From Octopus bimaculoides (lineage: Eukaryota): a stretch of 57,153 bases of DNA. Position 1 is the stretch's first letter, and every line of letters starts with the position of its first letter. Below are positions 26,191 through 39,017 of this stretch, piece after piece. The notes under the pieces are model-generated. The model worked only from the letters and a program-made list of their open reading frames with translations. It searched no databases and had not been told where the DNA came from. The position numbers were made by a program, and so were the translations under genes. The stretch spans positions 169,658,765 to 169,715,917 of the forward strand of contig NC_068981.1 of assembly GCF_001194135.2 (NCBI RefSeq), given 5' to 3'.

Positions 26191-26861
26191 TATTTACCGT
26201 CGACATAGTAAAGTGACTCCAGCTTCATATTCACAACGACCCTCCTCTATAGTCAGTATCAATTTAACCTAAATTCCCCCATCTTTTCCATCTTTCCCCC
26301 TTTCTTTATTCTTAACAACTTTAGAGAATTACACACACCCCATTTTTTTTAACGTCTTCCTTCTTTTCTCTTACCGACCATTTTATTTCTTCAGACATTT
26401 GTTTTCACCTATTTTTTTTTCTTTACTCCATTCTTGGGGCATCAACACTCATTTTAAATCAATTCTCCAGCGAGTTAAGTTTGGATTCCTTAGCGACAAT
26501 GTAACCATTATATAACTAACGTATCTTCGGCCTGAAGTGCAGCTAGCTAGCGGAGGACGCCTCTCTGAGTAATTAATACTTCCGAAAATCTGCTAGGTAA
26601 GAAACATATATAGCCTGGCTTTTACCTGCTCATCCACTCCATCAATTTGGATATATATATATATATGTATATATGGAGACAAAAACAATAACACGAAAAC
26701 GTGGTACATGCAAAGTATTAATTTGTCGCTCAGGGAACGAAATGTGTGTTTTAAATTTCGAGGAAACTCTTCTTCAGAAACAGGAGGCAGAGGAAAGTCT
26801 AAAAGAAAAGGAAGACGGTAGAAAAAAATCGCCAACAATCCATATATATATACAATCAACA

Positions 26862-27260
26862 TCATCATCATCACCATCATCACTATCATCATGATTATCA
26901 TCATCATCGCCATCATCATTCAACGTCCGTTGTCCATACTGGCATGGATTGGACGGTTTGACCAGGGCCGGCAAGCTGGAAGGTTGCACCAGACTCCAGT
27001 CTAATTTGGCATGGTTTCTACAGCTAGATACCCTTTCTAACGCTAACCCCTCCGAGAGTGTAATGGGTGCTTTTACCTGCCACTGGCATGATTGCCATTT
27101 GCTTGACTACGATTTCACGAGGATTGATGGGTGTTCTTCTCCAGTACAACATAATGCCAATCGTTCTCAGTCATTCGTCATTGCCTCTGTGAGGTCCAAC
27201 ACTAGAAAGGTGCTTTTCACGTGCCACCGGAATCAACCACCTTGCCTCATTGAAGTATAA
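26862..27260 (-). mobile_element. SINE/RTE-tail family C with (ATG)n tail
   Basis: A (CAT)n run is followed by CAACGTCCGTTGTCCATACTGGCATGG...TTTCTACAGCTAGATACCCTTTCTAACGCTAACC...GGTGCTTTTACCTGCCACTGG. Homologous to 44690-44870. The block around TTTCTACAGCTAGATACCCTT resembles V-domain SINEs (from memory, unverified). Confidence 0.7.
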
Positions 27261-28374
27261 TTTGTTTAAACGTCTCTGTTTACCTTCATACCTTTTGATA
27301 TTGGCGGTATTATGTTATTTTAATTTATGTCCCAGATTATATGACTTCGACAAATTCACAACCATAAAATAAGAGGGAAATTAAAGCAAGTCTTTGTATT
27401 AATATGATCGTCTAATAATCTTAAAAATGGTACTCAATACTTGAACGCAGCCCAATAACAGAAACGAGAACAAGTTGTCAAGAGTCCAACAAATGGAGCG
27501 TGAGAAGGTCTTAATAATATTTAAATGTCCTATACGTTTAGGTAATTTCTCAGTGACTTTGCATATATGACTGAATCGGTATAATAGTACAAATTATAAA
27601 TCATCAGAAGAAAAGTTTTCCCATCTCCCATTATATATTTAGCAGCTAATTTGTCTGCGTTTTGTTAGTCTTCGGTTCGTTTTAACACAACAGTATAGTC
27701 ATTTGGTGCAGCTATGTCAATAATTACAACGTTATTGTTATTTTTGTCACGGAAAATGATGTTATGGTTACTCTGTTTTATATAGATGTTTATGTGTACT
27801 GCTAAAGTTACACAGTATTTTCAGATTGTCATTTCTGAAACGCAGGTGTCGGCGCACGGGAATACGTATGAGCTTTTACTCAAGGGAGTCGATATTGAGT
27901 AATTAGACATACACACAGTACATCTTTCTTGACAGTTCATATTGTTAAGTGTTGATGAGATGCGTGCAGCATTCTCTTTGGGGATTGTAAACACTAGTTT
28001 GCTTTATTGTATGACTTGGTTTGCTGTTTCTAATGTTATTTTACTGTTTTGTCAGTTATCTAAAGTATATGCAATGTTATTTTCGTTATATGTTTAGATG
28101 GTGATGCTTTGTGTCATACAGTAATCGGGATCAATATTTCAGCGTATACTATATTACAGTACTCATGATCTTATAATATTGCGTAGGAGTACTTCATGTG
28201 TTATTTTACATGGTGTTATCGCACAAAATATAGTGTGTATTTGGTTAAAAAGTTTGCGTCGCAACGACTCAGCTATAAGTCCCGGCACTCTGGATGTTTT
28301 CTATAGTAGCTGCAGCCCGACCAATACAACTGTGAATGAATGGATTTGTAGGCAGAAATTGCGTAGAAGTCCGT

Positions 28375-28411
<37 letters not shown>

Positions 28412-30575
28412 TAGAAGAGAATCAGATATCCTCCGTTTAGAATACGCTTTGTAGTGCTCAAGGGGTCTAAATTTGAGCGGGTAGAGAAGTAAATTTAAGA
28501 TTTAAGGATAAGCGACTTAGGCAGGTCAATATATTAAATACATGAAATAAAAAAAAAAAAATAAAAAAGCATTTATCGTTACATTTATGTACATATATTA
28601 TGTGTGTGTGTCAGTGTGTGTATTTATTTACCGTTGAAATATGTATCATCATCACCATTATTATTATTATCATTATTGTTTATAACTATTAAATGCTATA
28701 TTAGCATGTTGTCTTGAGCTTTCTTCATCTTTCTGGCTAGGTCTTTGATATTATTGTTATCAAAACTGAAATCTTATATTTATTTCCTACTTTCACTGTA
28801 CAATCTCTGTAAACTCTATTTAAATGCACTCGTAATGCTTTTTATTTGCTTTAGATATATTTGAATGATAAAATGGTGTATGGAAATAAATTGCACAACC
28901 GTACAACAGCGGGTAGAATTCCTTGTGGTTGTCAGCAACGTTGTTGCGAAGAGATATTGTTTCTAATATTATAAATGCCGTGTTTGTTAAGAATCAGTTG
29001 GGGAGTTGATGTAAATGTTGGTTATAATGAATCACGAATAATTTCTTCTTTTGATTTTACTGAATGGACGAAAATATCGTTTGATGGTCGTCAGACAAGC
29101 AGTTAAAAAGCCGAGAAATGATTGCGCTAAGTTAAAACCAATGATGAGCTTCCGTTCTGTCTTTCATGTGGTCATTCAAAAACACTTTCATGTTTTCGCT
29201 CCTGAGATAAGCAACATAATGAATTTAAAATGAATTTGAATGCGTCGATTATTAACGTACAGCCTTTACTATAATATGTTTCTTCTTTTATAGTTTTGCT
29301 TTTGATATGGTTTAATTTTTAGCTTCTGATCACAACACTGCCATTAACTCAACCACATTTGACACCATTAAAACTGCCAGCACTTACAAAATACACTAGT
29401 AACTCTAACAACAACGATACTCGGATACCACAGTCAATATTCGGCTTTGGTTAAATCCACCACCATCACCCCAATACCAAGACTATCACTAAAATAACCG
29501 TTATACTATAACCTTTGATAACTTTTACATTGTGCTTCATAACTAAGTTATTTAAATGTTTTGTTTTCATGTAAACACAATGATTAAGATGATTAAGACT
29601 AATTATCTAACACGAGGAAAAAACACGTCGTGTTGTTTGTTCATTTATTTGCTTATTTTCCACTCTCATAGAAGACATACTTGCCTATGGTGAAGTATTA
29701 AACTCAATGTGTCCACATTATGTAAAATGTCATAAGAAATTGTAGTTGCTGTTGGGCTGGTGGCTGCAAATACACCATAGTTCGTATGATATCATTGTGT
29801 GAACTATATCTCTATGGTTAGTATTGTTTTTATGAGTCAGACATGTCACAACAATGACAAATGCCATTTTAAATCTCTTCAAGGGTGGCGAGATTCATGC
29901 AATTTTATGTCTGGTGATGTAAAAATATTTTTGGATTCAGAAATTAGTAGATCTGGTGTGATAGATACTAGAATTAGATAAATAATTCAGGTAATGTCTT
30001 TTGATGTGAAATACAGCGACGGTGAAGCGGGAGGTAGTGAGTAGATTGAATTGGTTTCAATGGAATGGTTAGATCAGACAAAAATGCTATAAAATAAGCA
30101 AGAATGGTTTGGACTGAGGTGGTGATTAAATATTTTGTCAAGAAATGGAATAACCATTTTTGCCATGAAGCACAAATTGTTTTTGTACGTAATAATAACA
30201 AGGTTTCAGCTTGAAATTAGTATTAAAGACAACTCCAACCATGATTATTAACTAACCACAAGAAGAAAGATTAGTCTTTAGGATGCATATAGCAGTAGCA
30301 AGTGTGACTGATTATCCGTTTGCTTCTCATAGCTCGAGAATTTTTCCATGGTAATTGTAGTAAATGTAACCTTTGTAGTTAAATAAGATTAGGTTATCAT
30401 CTCGCAAATAAAGGATGTGTTCGGGGTTTAGTTCATACAGATAATGGATGTAGAACGCGAGGTTGCGTTCGTGTGAAGCCTATTTATGGAGAGATAGAGA
30501 GTAATGGAGGTAGATATAACTTGCATATGAGTATGTGTTGCTGGTAGTGGTGGCAAGCTTTTCCTTGATATGCAG

Positions 30576-30608
30576 ATGAAAGCATTGCCGAGATATTGCG
30601 TAATCATA
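30576..30608 (+). CDS. Hypothetical exon (MKALPRYC[VII]) of a speculative small secreted peptide
   Basis: Acceptor TTTTCCTTGATATGCAG directly precedes the ATG. Possible phase-0 donors GTAATC (30600) or GTGAAC (30609). Confidence 0.15.
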
Positions 30609-31340
30609 GTGAACAACTGAGTTGATACAGTGTGGATCAAATAAAACGCTGTCAGCATAATACGTGCGGTTAAAATGGAATCTCTTTATATGAAACATGA
30701 AAGAAGGATGAGTTCTATTGACAGGAAATTTAGCTGAGAGGTTTTCATGGCAGATATTGTATGACCGACATACTGAAAAACGAAAGAAACTTCAGGAGTA
30801 TTACAAAGGCCAGTGAGTCTTCAATACATCCTGTTCTATGAAAGGCGTATTTTTAGTGGAAGAAAGAGTCAAATCTATGAAAGAGATTGTTCACAACTGT
30901 TTCTTCTTTATCTTTAACGTCCTGGAAATGAGATTTGTAGGGAAGTGGTTTGCAGGATCCCAGAAGCTGTATTCCTGTAATGTGTCAACCAGACTTAATC
31001 AAATACGAGACCACTTCGATTGTTTGCTAAAAGGCAATCTGTATTTTATGCAAATTCACTGCTTAAAATAGGAACATTCCACTGACGTTAATTAAAAACC
31101 TACATTTGACAGGTCTTAAGGTCACAAGACCAAACACAGGTTATAGTTAAATACAAAATATCAGTGTCACTCAGTCCTCTATCTGGTAAATATGTATATG
31201 TATATACAAATATACACAGACTCACACACGCAAAAGAACAACCAATAACGCAAGTACAAACACAAGCACAAATACATACAAACACAGGCGTACACACATG
31301 CACAAACATACGCAAGAGCGGATACACACATGTTGCTTAG

Positions 31341-31485
31341 CTGTTGCTGCTCGCAATCGAGTGTGACCCGACACCTTACACCAAGTCCTCGCTAATTCCA
31401 AGTATTGAATCTGCTAACAGATGTTTCGGTACAAACAGCGGTATCTTTCGATCTGATGAAGTCAGATTATTCGATTGCCATGTTC
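31341..31485 (+). CDS. Hypothetical internal exon LLLLAIECDPTPYTKSSLIPSIESANRCFGTNSGIFRSDEVRLFDCHV
   Basis: TTGCTTAG acceptor, open frame of 145 nt, TTC|GTAAGA donor, GC content above the flanks. No family recognised. Confidence 0.22.
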
Positions 31486-32021
31486 GTAAGATGAAGGGAT
31501 ATGGATTTAAGTTGGGACGACATGAGTGTTCAAATTCACGAGCTAACAGTAATACCACTACCTTGAACTAAATACGTATACTGATCGACAGAAACTCGCA
31601 ACAGTTAGGCTTCACATTTCACAAAACCGCAAACATATCCTAAATAATTACTGCATCATTGTAAGAAGGATATCACCGAATGAGGACTCCTACTTGAGAT
31701 GACAATTATTAGTTTTAGTGAGGCAATGGTCTTTTTAAATGTACAAGATACTATCATTCCTCTACGTATTCTATTGTTTTGTTTTTCTTTCAGGTTCTTT
31801 TATTGATATGCCCTACATACATGCATACATATATAACTGCATGTTTCTATACATCATATATACACTCACTCTTCCTTGTACAAGCACATACACACGAGTG
31901 AGTGTATATTTCAGATATGTAGTTTACGTGATCTTGAATCAATTATACTCCTGTAACCGACTGAATCAATAGACAAGACCATTCCATTTCAAACAACAAC
32001 ATAACTAGATTGCACAATAAC

Positions 32022-32232
32022 TATTTCTACCATAGGTACAAATTTATAAATCTTTGGGGAGGGAGCTCGTCGATTACATCAACCACTGCTCAGCTGGTAC
32101 TTATTTTACCAACCCTGAAAGGATGAAAGGAACAGACGACCTCGGCGGAATTTGAACTTAAATGGCAAAGCCAAAAGACACGCCATTAGGTATTTTCTCC
32201 TGTGTACTATCGATCCTGCCAGCTCGCGGCCT
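32022..32232 (-). mobile_element. SINE family A
   Basis: GGTACTTATTTTACCAACCCTGAAAGGATGAAAGG...GACCTCGGCGGAATTTGAACT...CTGCCAGCTCGCGGCC. Confidence 0.85.
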
Positions 32233-32697
32233 ATCCAGGCTGCATAAAAATGAATATTAGTTTATTTTAGTTATACGAGTTAAAGTCTTCTATTGTTATT
32301 TGATGATGACTAAGGCATAACACGATGACTACTAGATAACACTAAGAATCAATGGTCATTAATTATCGTAAATGATGTAACTGTTAGGTTCAGTGATATT
32401 TCACATAGCAGTTCAACATTAACCTTAAATAAGTTGCAAATTCAGAAGTTGAACTTCTTGACTTACACAATCACCAAAGACAAAAATATTTCTTTTTCTT
32501 TTTATCGCATACTCTGATTGATGAAAACTGGAGATCAGGAGGAGCATTTAGAACAAATAAGTTGAAATTACTTTAATCAGAAACAGTAATTTACGATGAG
32601 GTGGAAGGATTCTATTCCGTGGATTTTAAAACCGCGAACTAATGTAGTTGGGGTGAGATAGGAATGTTTCTTGTTTTGCAAACAAAGATTAACTAGT

Positions 32698-32889
32698 AAT
32701 ACTTTCTACTATTGGTACGAGGACCGAAATTTTGTCTGGTGAAAGTAAGTCGGTTACATTGACTCCAGTGCTGAGCTGATACTTATTTTATTGACCACAA
32801 AAGGCAAAGTCTGCCTCAGCAGAAATAAGAACGTATAGACTGGCGAAATACCACTAAGCATTTTCTCCAACATGCTAACGATTCTGCCT
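32698..32889 (-). mobile_element. SINE family A (diverged, internal deletion)
   Basis: GATACTTATTTTATTGACC...AAAGGCAAAGTC...CTAAGCATTTTCTCC...GCTAACGATTCTGCC. Confidence 0.75.
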
Positions 32890-33094
32890 AAAATATTGAA
32901 ACATAGAAGACAAATTAACACTGCATAATATTTAAGAAATGTTTCATCTCACTCCATAATTTTTCCATTTAAACAAGATATAAAACGAGATTGGAAAAAG
33001 CGATGATCAGAGATTTTTGTGTCGTTATTTGTGTATGTGTGTATGTGTTTGTGTTTGGTTGCGTGTGTGTATTTCTGTGTGCTAGACATAAGCA

Positions 33095-33670
33095 ATTGGA
33101 AGTTTCCTATTGTGTTAAATTATTATTTACTGAAAAATAGTCACGACAGAAGCCTCACAATTTTTACGGGGATATTATCGTTGCAGGGAAAAAGTGACAT
33201 ATTTCAATTAAAGAATGTATATAACGATGTCATTTAAAGAAAGTAAATATTGATGTTCATGTGTGTGTGTGTATGTCTGCGCGTGTGTGTTCGTGCGTGT
33301 TTATGTACTTTTGTGCACTAAAAGAAAGAACAATATATAAAGATTTACATATAAATCATTTGAAGTTTCCTATTGTGTTAAATTATTATATCAACATTCT
33401 CTTCATTACTTAGAAACATTGCAAAAATTTTCGCACGAACTTAGGCCTACATAGTAATATATACGTAGAGGAAACAAAGAAATTTACAGGAAAAATAGTC
33501 ACGACAAAAACCTCACCTCTTTTGCGGAGATATTATAACTGCAGTGAAAAAAAGCGACATATTTCAATTAAAGAAAATAAATAATGATGTCATTAAACAA
33601 ATAATGCTTTTGTAGGTTATTAGCTTTAACTGCCTGACAAGTTTCCAGAAACAATAGAAATATATAGTCG
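33095..33670 (+). repeat. Diverged local tandem duplication (33095-33240 vs 33360-33600), with further partial copies at 34398-34510 and, inverted, ~35650-35765
   Basis: Shared blocks GAAGTTTCCTATTGTGTTAAATTATTA, AAAATAGTCACGACA, CATATTTCAATTAAAGAA and GACAAGTTTCCAGAAACAAT. Confidence 0.85.
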
Positions 33671-34102
33671 CGCTGCATGTACATGGAAAGACATCATGTC
33701 TTAGCTCAAATCATTAAAACAGGAAGGAAGCAAATGGGTTTTAGTCGGATATATGTTGAAAACCCCCGTGACATTTCTCTTCATTCATGTATATATATTC
33801 TTTGCTTCATAAGAATTTAGAATCTTCTTACGTAGATGAATTTACATGGAGTTGAACCTCTACTAACGAGATACGTCTCTTAAAGTTTCACCCTCTACTA
33901 ACGATATGTTTCTCAATGTTTCTAAATTATAACGAAAACATCATGCAAATCTTGCTGATGAGAATAAAGTTTTTCAATGTCATTCGAGAGATTTCTTTGG
34001 TCAAGTCGCACGGGAAGGTTTCGGCCTGTTCTATATTGATGAATTTTTAATACAATATGTACACGTTATTTATAGCTTTACAACCGTTAAGAACAAATTA
34101 AA

Positions 34103-34140
<38 letters not shown>

Positions 34141-34151
34141 NNNNNNNNNNC

Positions 34152-34189
<38 letters not shown>

Positions 34190-34199
34190 GTTGACATTT

Positions 34200-34390
34200 A
34201 TAGAAAAACAAAAGACGAAGACAAGTGTATGAACAGCAAGCAAGTGTATTAGTTTGACGCTCGGGAAAAATGAATGTCTTTTACATTTCGAATAAGTCTT
34301 TTATACTTCTCAATATAAAGGAACATGGGGAAATAAACAGAGAGAGAATGAAAAAAACGTGTCGAGTTCAGCGGTCCAGCATGGCGAAAC
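34200..34390 (-). mobile_element. Hammerhead/pLTR-type short repeat, degenerate copy of the 39018-39170 family
   Basis: Reverse complement reads ...CGAAATGTAAAAGAC...TTCCCGAGCGTCAAACTAATA...CTTGTCTTCGTCTTTTGTT, matching CGAAACGTCAAAGAC...TTCCCGAGCGTCATACTAATA...CCTGTCCTCGTCTGTTGTT at 39064-39148. Confidence 0.75.
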
Positions 34391-34534
34391 AAATGCCATA
34401 TTTCAGTTAAAGAAAATACATAATGATGTAATTAAACAAATAATACTTTTGCAGGTTATTTGTTTAAACTGCATGACAAGTTTCCAGAAACAATCGAAAT
34501 ATATAGTATAATATATAATAGAAATATATAGAAA

Positions 34535-34593
<59 letters not shown>

Positions 34594-35580
34594 GTCATAT
34601 TCAGTTATGGGAAAACAAATCAAGAAACCAATAGAGTAAGTGTTCCCGCAAACCACCATTGTCCACAGCTAGATCAGGTACTGAATTAATAAGTCATGCC
34701 CATTCTCATACTCGGTTTGAGTCTGGTGGCCTGAGGACTCACATGAGAGGACACCAAGTGAAGTGAATGACACTGATACGTCATATTCGACGTCGTATAT
34801 ATATGTATATATATATATATAATTGATAACGAAGAGGAGAGTGGAAATTTATTCACATTCAAAATTTATTTCTTAAAAAGTTTTCTACAGCATATATAAA
34901 ACACTGACCTACATGTGTTTTGACTGCAGCGATTGCACTTGCTCTGTATGCAATTATAAATCGTAGTCGCTGTAATTTCATCAAGAATCCATCAATAAAG
35001 ACGTTTCCAAAGTGATCTCTACGGAATATTTGTAGATCAGTGTTTTATATATGCTGTAGAAAACTTTTTAAGAAATAAATTTTGAATGTGAATAAATTTC
35101 CACTCTCCTCTTCGTTATCAATTATATATATATATACATATATATACGACGTCGAATATGACNNNNNNNNNNNNNNNNNNNNNNNNNNNNNNNNNNNNNN
35201 NNNNNNNNNNNNNNNNNNNNNNNNNNNNNNNNNNNNNNNNNNNNNNNNNNNNNNNNNNNNNNNNNNNNNNNNNNNNNNNNNNNNNNNNNNNNNNNNNNNN
35301 NNNNNNNNNNNNNNNNNNNNNNNNNNNNNNNNNNNNNNNNNNNNNNNNNNNNNNNNNNNNNNNNNNNNNNNNNNNNNNNNNNNNNNNNNNNNNNNNNNNN
35401 NNNNNNNNNNNNNNNNNTGGTGTCCTCTCATGTGAGTCCTCAGGCCACCAGACGCAAACCGAGTATGAGAATGGGCATGACTTATTAATTCAGTACCTGA
35501 TCTAGCTGTGGACAATGGTGGTTTGCGGGAACACTTACTCTATTGGTTTCTTGATTTGTTTTCCCATAACTGAATATGAC

Positions 35581-35623
<43 letters not shown>

Positions 35624-35883
35624 TTTCTATATATTTCTATTATATATTATACTATATATTTCGATTGTTTCTGGAAACTTGTCATGCAGTTTAAACAAAT
35701 AACCTGCAAAAGTATTATTTGTTTAATTACATCATTATTTATTTTCTTTAACTGAAATATGGCATTTGTTTCGCCATGCTGGACCGCTGAACTCGACACG
35801 TTTTTTTTCATTCTCTCTCTGTTTATTTCCCCATGTTCCTTTATATTGAGAAGTATAAAAGACTTATTCGAAATGTAAAAGAC
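34276..35883. repeat. Large near-perfect inverted repeat: arms 34276-34913 and 35031-35883, spacer 34914-35030
   Basis: The arms match base for base apart from a few substitutions and a (TATC)n length difference. The right arm contains a 255-N gap where the left arm has ~25 bp. Confidence 0.95.
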
Positions 35884-36810
35884 TTATTGATAAGAACAAT
35901 CAGCTTTACAGTAAGCATTGTTTGACCCATGTAATTTTCATTACATCATTGACATTTGATAGCATATATTAAATCCTTTGAAGAACATGTAATGTGATTT
36001 TTGACGGTAAAAATCTGTCCTGATTTTGAATTTGCATGTTGTATCTTCAATAAGGTTGCTGCAATTGGGCGGCCACTCTTTTTGACAGTTGGTGTAGGAA
36101 CTGTGGATGGTAATTTAGTATTTGTGAGAAATGTTTTGAGGGACTTTGATTTTCTTTCACTGTTAATTATTTTGTGTGTTTCGAATGCTTGCTTCATTCT
36201 TGGATCTTCTCTTAGTAGTGGGATGTTCTAGTGGGTAATATTATAAGCCTCTACATTTCTTGAGTTCTGTGTTGTAATAAAGGTTAGAATATTGGATTAT
36301 CTGGAGTGTTATTCATTTTTCGTAGTTCTTGGATATTTATTGATTTGGCCCGTTCTATTCCGTTCTCTATTAACATTAATGGATGTTGTCTTTTAAGAAG
36401 TATTTGTTTTATTTCTTGGGGTCTTTTATTACAAGTTTCAGGGTTTGAGAGAATTGTGCCGATTCGTCTTGCTAGATTAAAAGAAATATTATTCTTCGTG
36501 TGTTTTGGATGGCATGAGGAGAACAGTTATTATTGTTTAGAATCTGTTTGTAGTGAATGTATGTTTCAATGGTTTTATCTCTTTTGATGATTAGTATATT
36601 CAGGAATGGTAATTGTGTTTTACTCTATTCCATGGTGATGTTGATATGTTTATGCTATTGATTGGGTTTTAAAATCTATACATTCTTCGAATGTGTGCTT
36701 CCATAGGATTAGGCAATCCCTTAGGTAACGTTTCAGTTTTCTAATAGATATTCTTGGAAGTTGAAGCCATATTTTAATTTAGGTTGCTCATATATATGGA
36801 CATCCATGTA
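35884..36810 (-). pseudogene. Penelope-like retroelement remnant (family 2): RT C-terminus, Cys linker and start of GIY-YIG
   Basis: Minus strand with stops and frameshifts: ENWKRYL-DCLILW, QLPFLNILIIKR, SCHPKHTKNNISFNLARRIGTI, K-GRP-C..., NHITCSSKDLIYAIKCQ*CNENYMGQT. Truncated shortly after YMGQT. Confidence 0.9.
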
Positions 36811-37414
36811 TGCCATGACTAGATTGGCATAAGTCGGAGGAACTTTTGTCGCCATCGCAGTACCGGATATTCGTTTGTAAATATTGCCATCGAAGTCAAA
36901 AAAAGTTACTTTCGAGGATAAACTTTAATCCTTCAGTAATGAAACTTACATCAATTCTCTCTGGAATTTCATGGGAGATTTTCTCAAGAAAACATTCAGA
37001 GCATTGATTATTTGGTACTGCCACTAGACATGTTCAGTCAACCGTGTCAGCCTTAACTTACGATGCTAAAAGTTGTCACTTGATACTAACAAATGGATGT
37101 AGTAAGGAACCTTCAAAGATTTCCAAGACCAGTCATGTGACTATCCTGTACCAATCAAATCCTATTCAAAATACATCTTAATTTGAGCCATAAACTCCCT
37201 ATAAATATAGGGCAAGCTTCAAACACTAGTCAGAAACAAAGCGGTTCCGACATAATCCACGTCCTTTTATTTCAGCTTTTTGAAAATCAGTCTAATCTGT
37301 GAAACGGATTAAATATTTAAATATGATAATAAAAAAATATTTTAACTAATCTCAGTTCATCCCCACCTTTGTTTTTCCTATATTTCTATCCATGTGGAAT
37401 AAAATAACTATATA

Positions 37415-37474
<60 letters not shown>

Positions 37475-39017
37475 CGTAATATATATGTGCATGTATATGT
37501 ATAGTATGTCCTTTGCCTGCCTGATTATCTATGTGTGTATGAGTTTGTGTTTGTGCGTGTCAAATCGGGAAAGTAGTTTTTTAGTGCTTGTATGAAATCC
37601 ACGTAACAACAGAGGGCCTTGTATTTTCTATTCTTTAGTTTACTTGTAACAATAGATATCTGTTAAATTAGAAGTATACATTAAATAATTTCGAAATAGT
37701 TTATTAAACTACAAATTAAAAGAAAAATCTTTATATCTGATAAACTTTTGTATCTTCTTGCATCCTTTTATGCACGAAACTTTCCTATAAAATACAAGAA
37801 ATTAAATTTGAAATAATGTTTAATTGAATATCGACATGAAATGTGAAAGGACGCTAGATTATTGAAAGCTGCGCTCTTCTTGTATATACTAAGAAAAAAA
37901 AATTAAACTCTACATTGCAGGGACGATTAAAAAGCTGCAAAAGCATAATTGTATAGTAAAAGAAAATCAATATTGTTTCAAATGCTATAATTTCGTCATA
38001 CGTGGGTGATAACTTTAGACCTATTCCGGTTTTAATCTGACTGCATCAGTGTAGCACATCGGTCACCTTACTTGCCAAGTTGTATAAAATTATGTATTTC
38101 ATTCAAGGTTTATTTGCATCCATTCACTGACCTCATAAAATGTATCAAATATATAGTAATTCTTATTTTATCGAATGTAAGCTGCATTTCGCTTTATATC
38201 TAGACCTGCCATAATTTTCTTTAAAATTTAACATCGAATCTATTTATATATTCACATTGGCATATGTGATTTGAAGTATATAAGGGAATGTTTATTGTCA
38301 TTAACATATGCGTCCACAACGAAGAAATATGGAAACTGACCAAATATAAATATAAAAAAGACGTTAATGTATGTTTTTTTTTTATGAATATGCTTTAACA
38401 CGTTATTAGACTTCTATAAATGAACATTGATTATCATTAAGTGTGGCTAACTTTTGCCTGCCTGCACAGAAACAAGCTCCTTACCACGAATATCAGTTTC
38501 CTTTTGTCCTACTTGATATCTTGCAAATATCGATCTTCGGATTGTCGCTCTGGAAGATATTCCAGTTCTGTCTGCTTATTGTTGTGCTTGTATTATTCAT
38601 GGATGTTAAGTGTATACAAAGCCGTGTATGGAGGCGTCTGCAAGTGCTTTTGCAAGTACATGTATGTATATGTTTGTGGATATGTGTTTGTTTTGGCACG
38701 CATTTAAAAGGAAAACAGTCGGGATGGGAAAGAACGTTATCCACAAAACTGGAGTAGTGGGAAGAGTAAAACAGCATCACAAAGTCCACCTGCTTCGTAT
38801 TTTCTTCATAGTTTCCTTTTATCAGTTAAGATATGTTTGTAGCTGACAGTGTACAAGCTCTTATAAATACACATATGCTTACATTTACACAGACAAATAG
38901 AGAGGCATACAGACAGAGAGAAATACAAATATGTATGTATGTGTGCATGCGAGTATGTATGTTTAACATATATTTGCATATATATATATATATNNNNNNN
39001 NNNNNNNNNNNNNNNNN

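Noticed and set aside
31448-31474. TCGATCTGATGAAGTCAGATTATTCGA hairpin containing CTGATGA
   Set aside because: A short hairpin with no GAAA half of the core.
34914-35030. GAAACGTC and TTGATGA on the minus strand of the palindrome spacer, as a possible permuted (type II) hammerhead
   Set aside because: Stems I and II cannot be formed and the core is imperfect.
35945-35950. In-frame TGA within the PLE CxxC (C-Q-*-C), which raised the idea of selenocysteine recoding as in some Naiad PLEs
   Set aside because: The stop is at a spacer position, not a Cys position. The element has other stops and frameshifts and is truncated. A CGA or GGA to TGA mutation is simpler.
38443-38757. Hydrophobic ORF (WKIFQFCLLIVVLVLF) suggesting a membrane protein exon
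   Set aside because: No ATG start or convincing splice pair. It runs into (TG)-rich repeat, and alternative frames on both strands look equally plausible.
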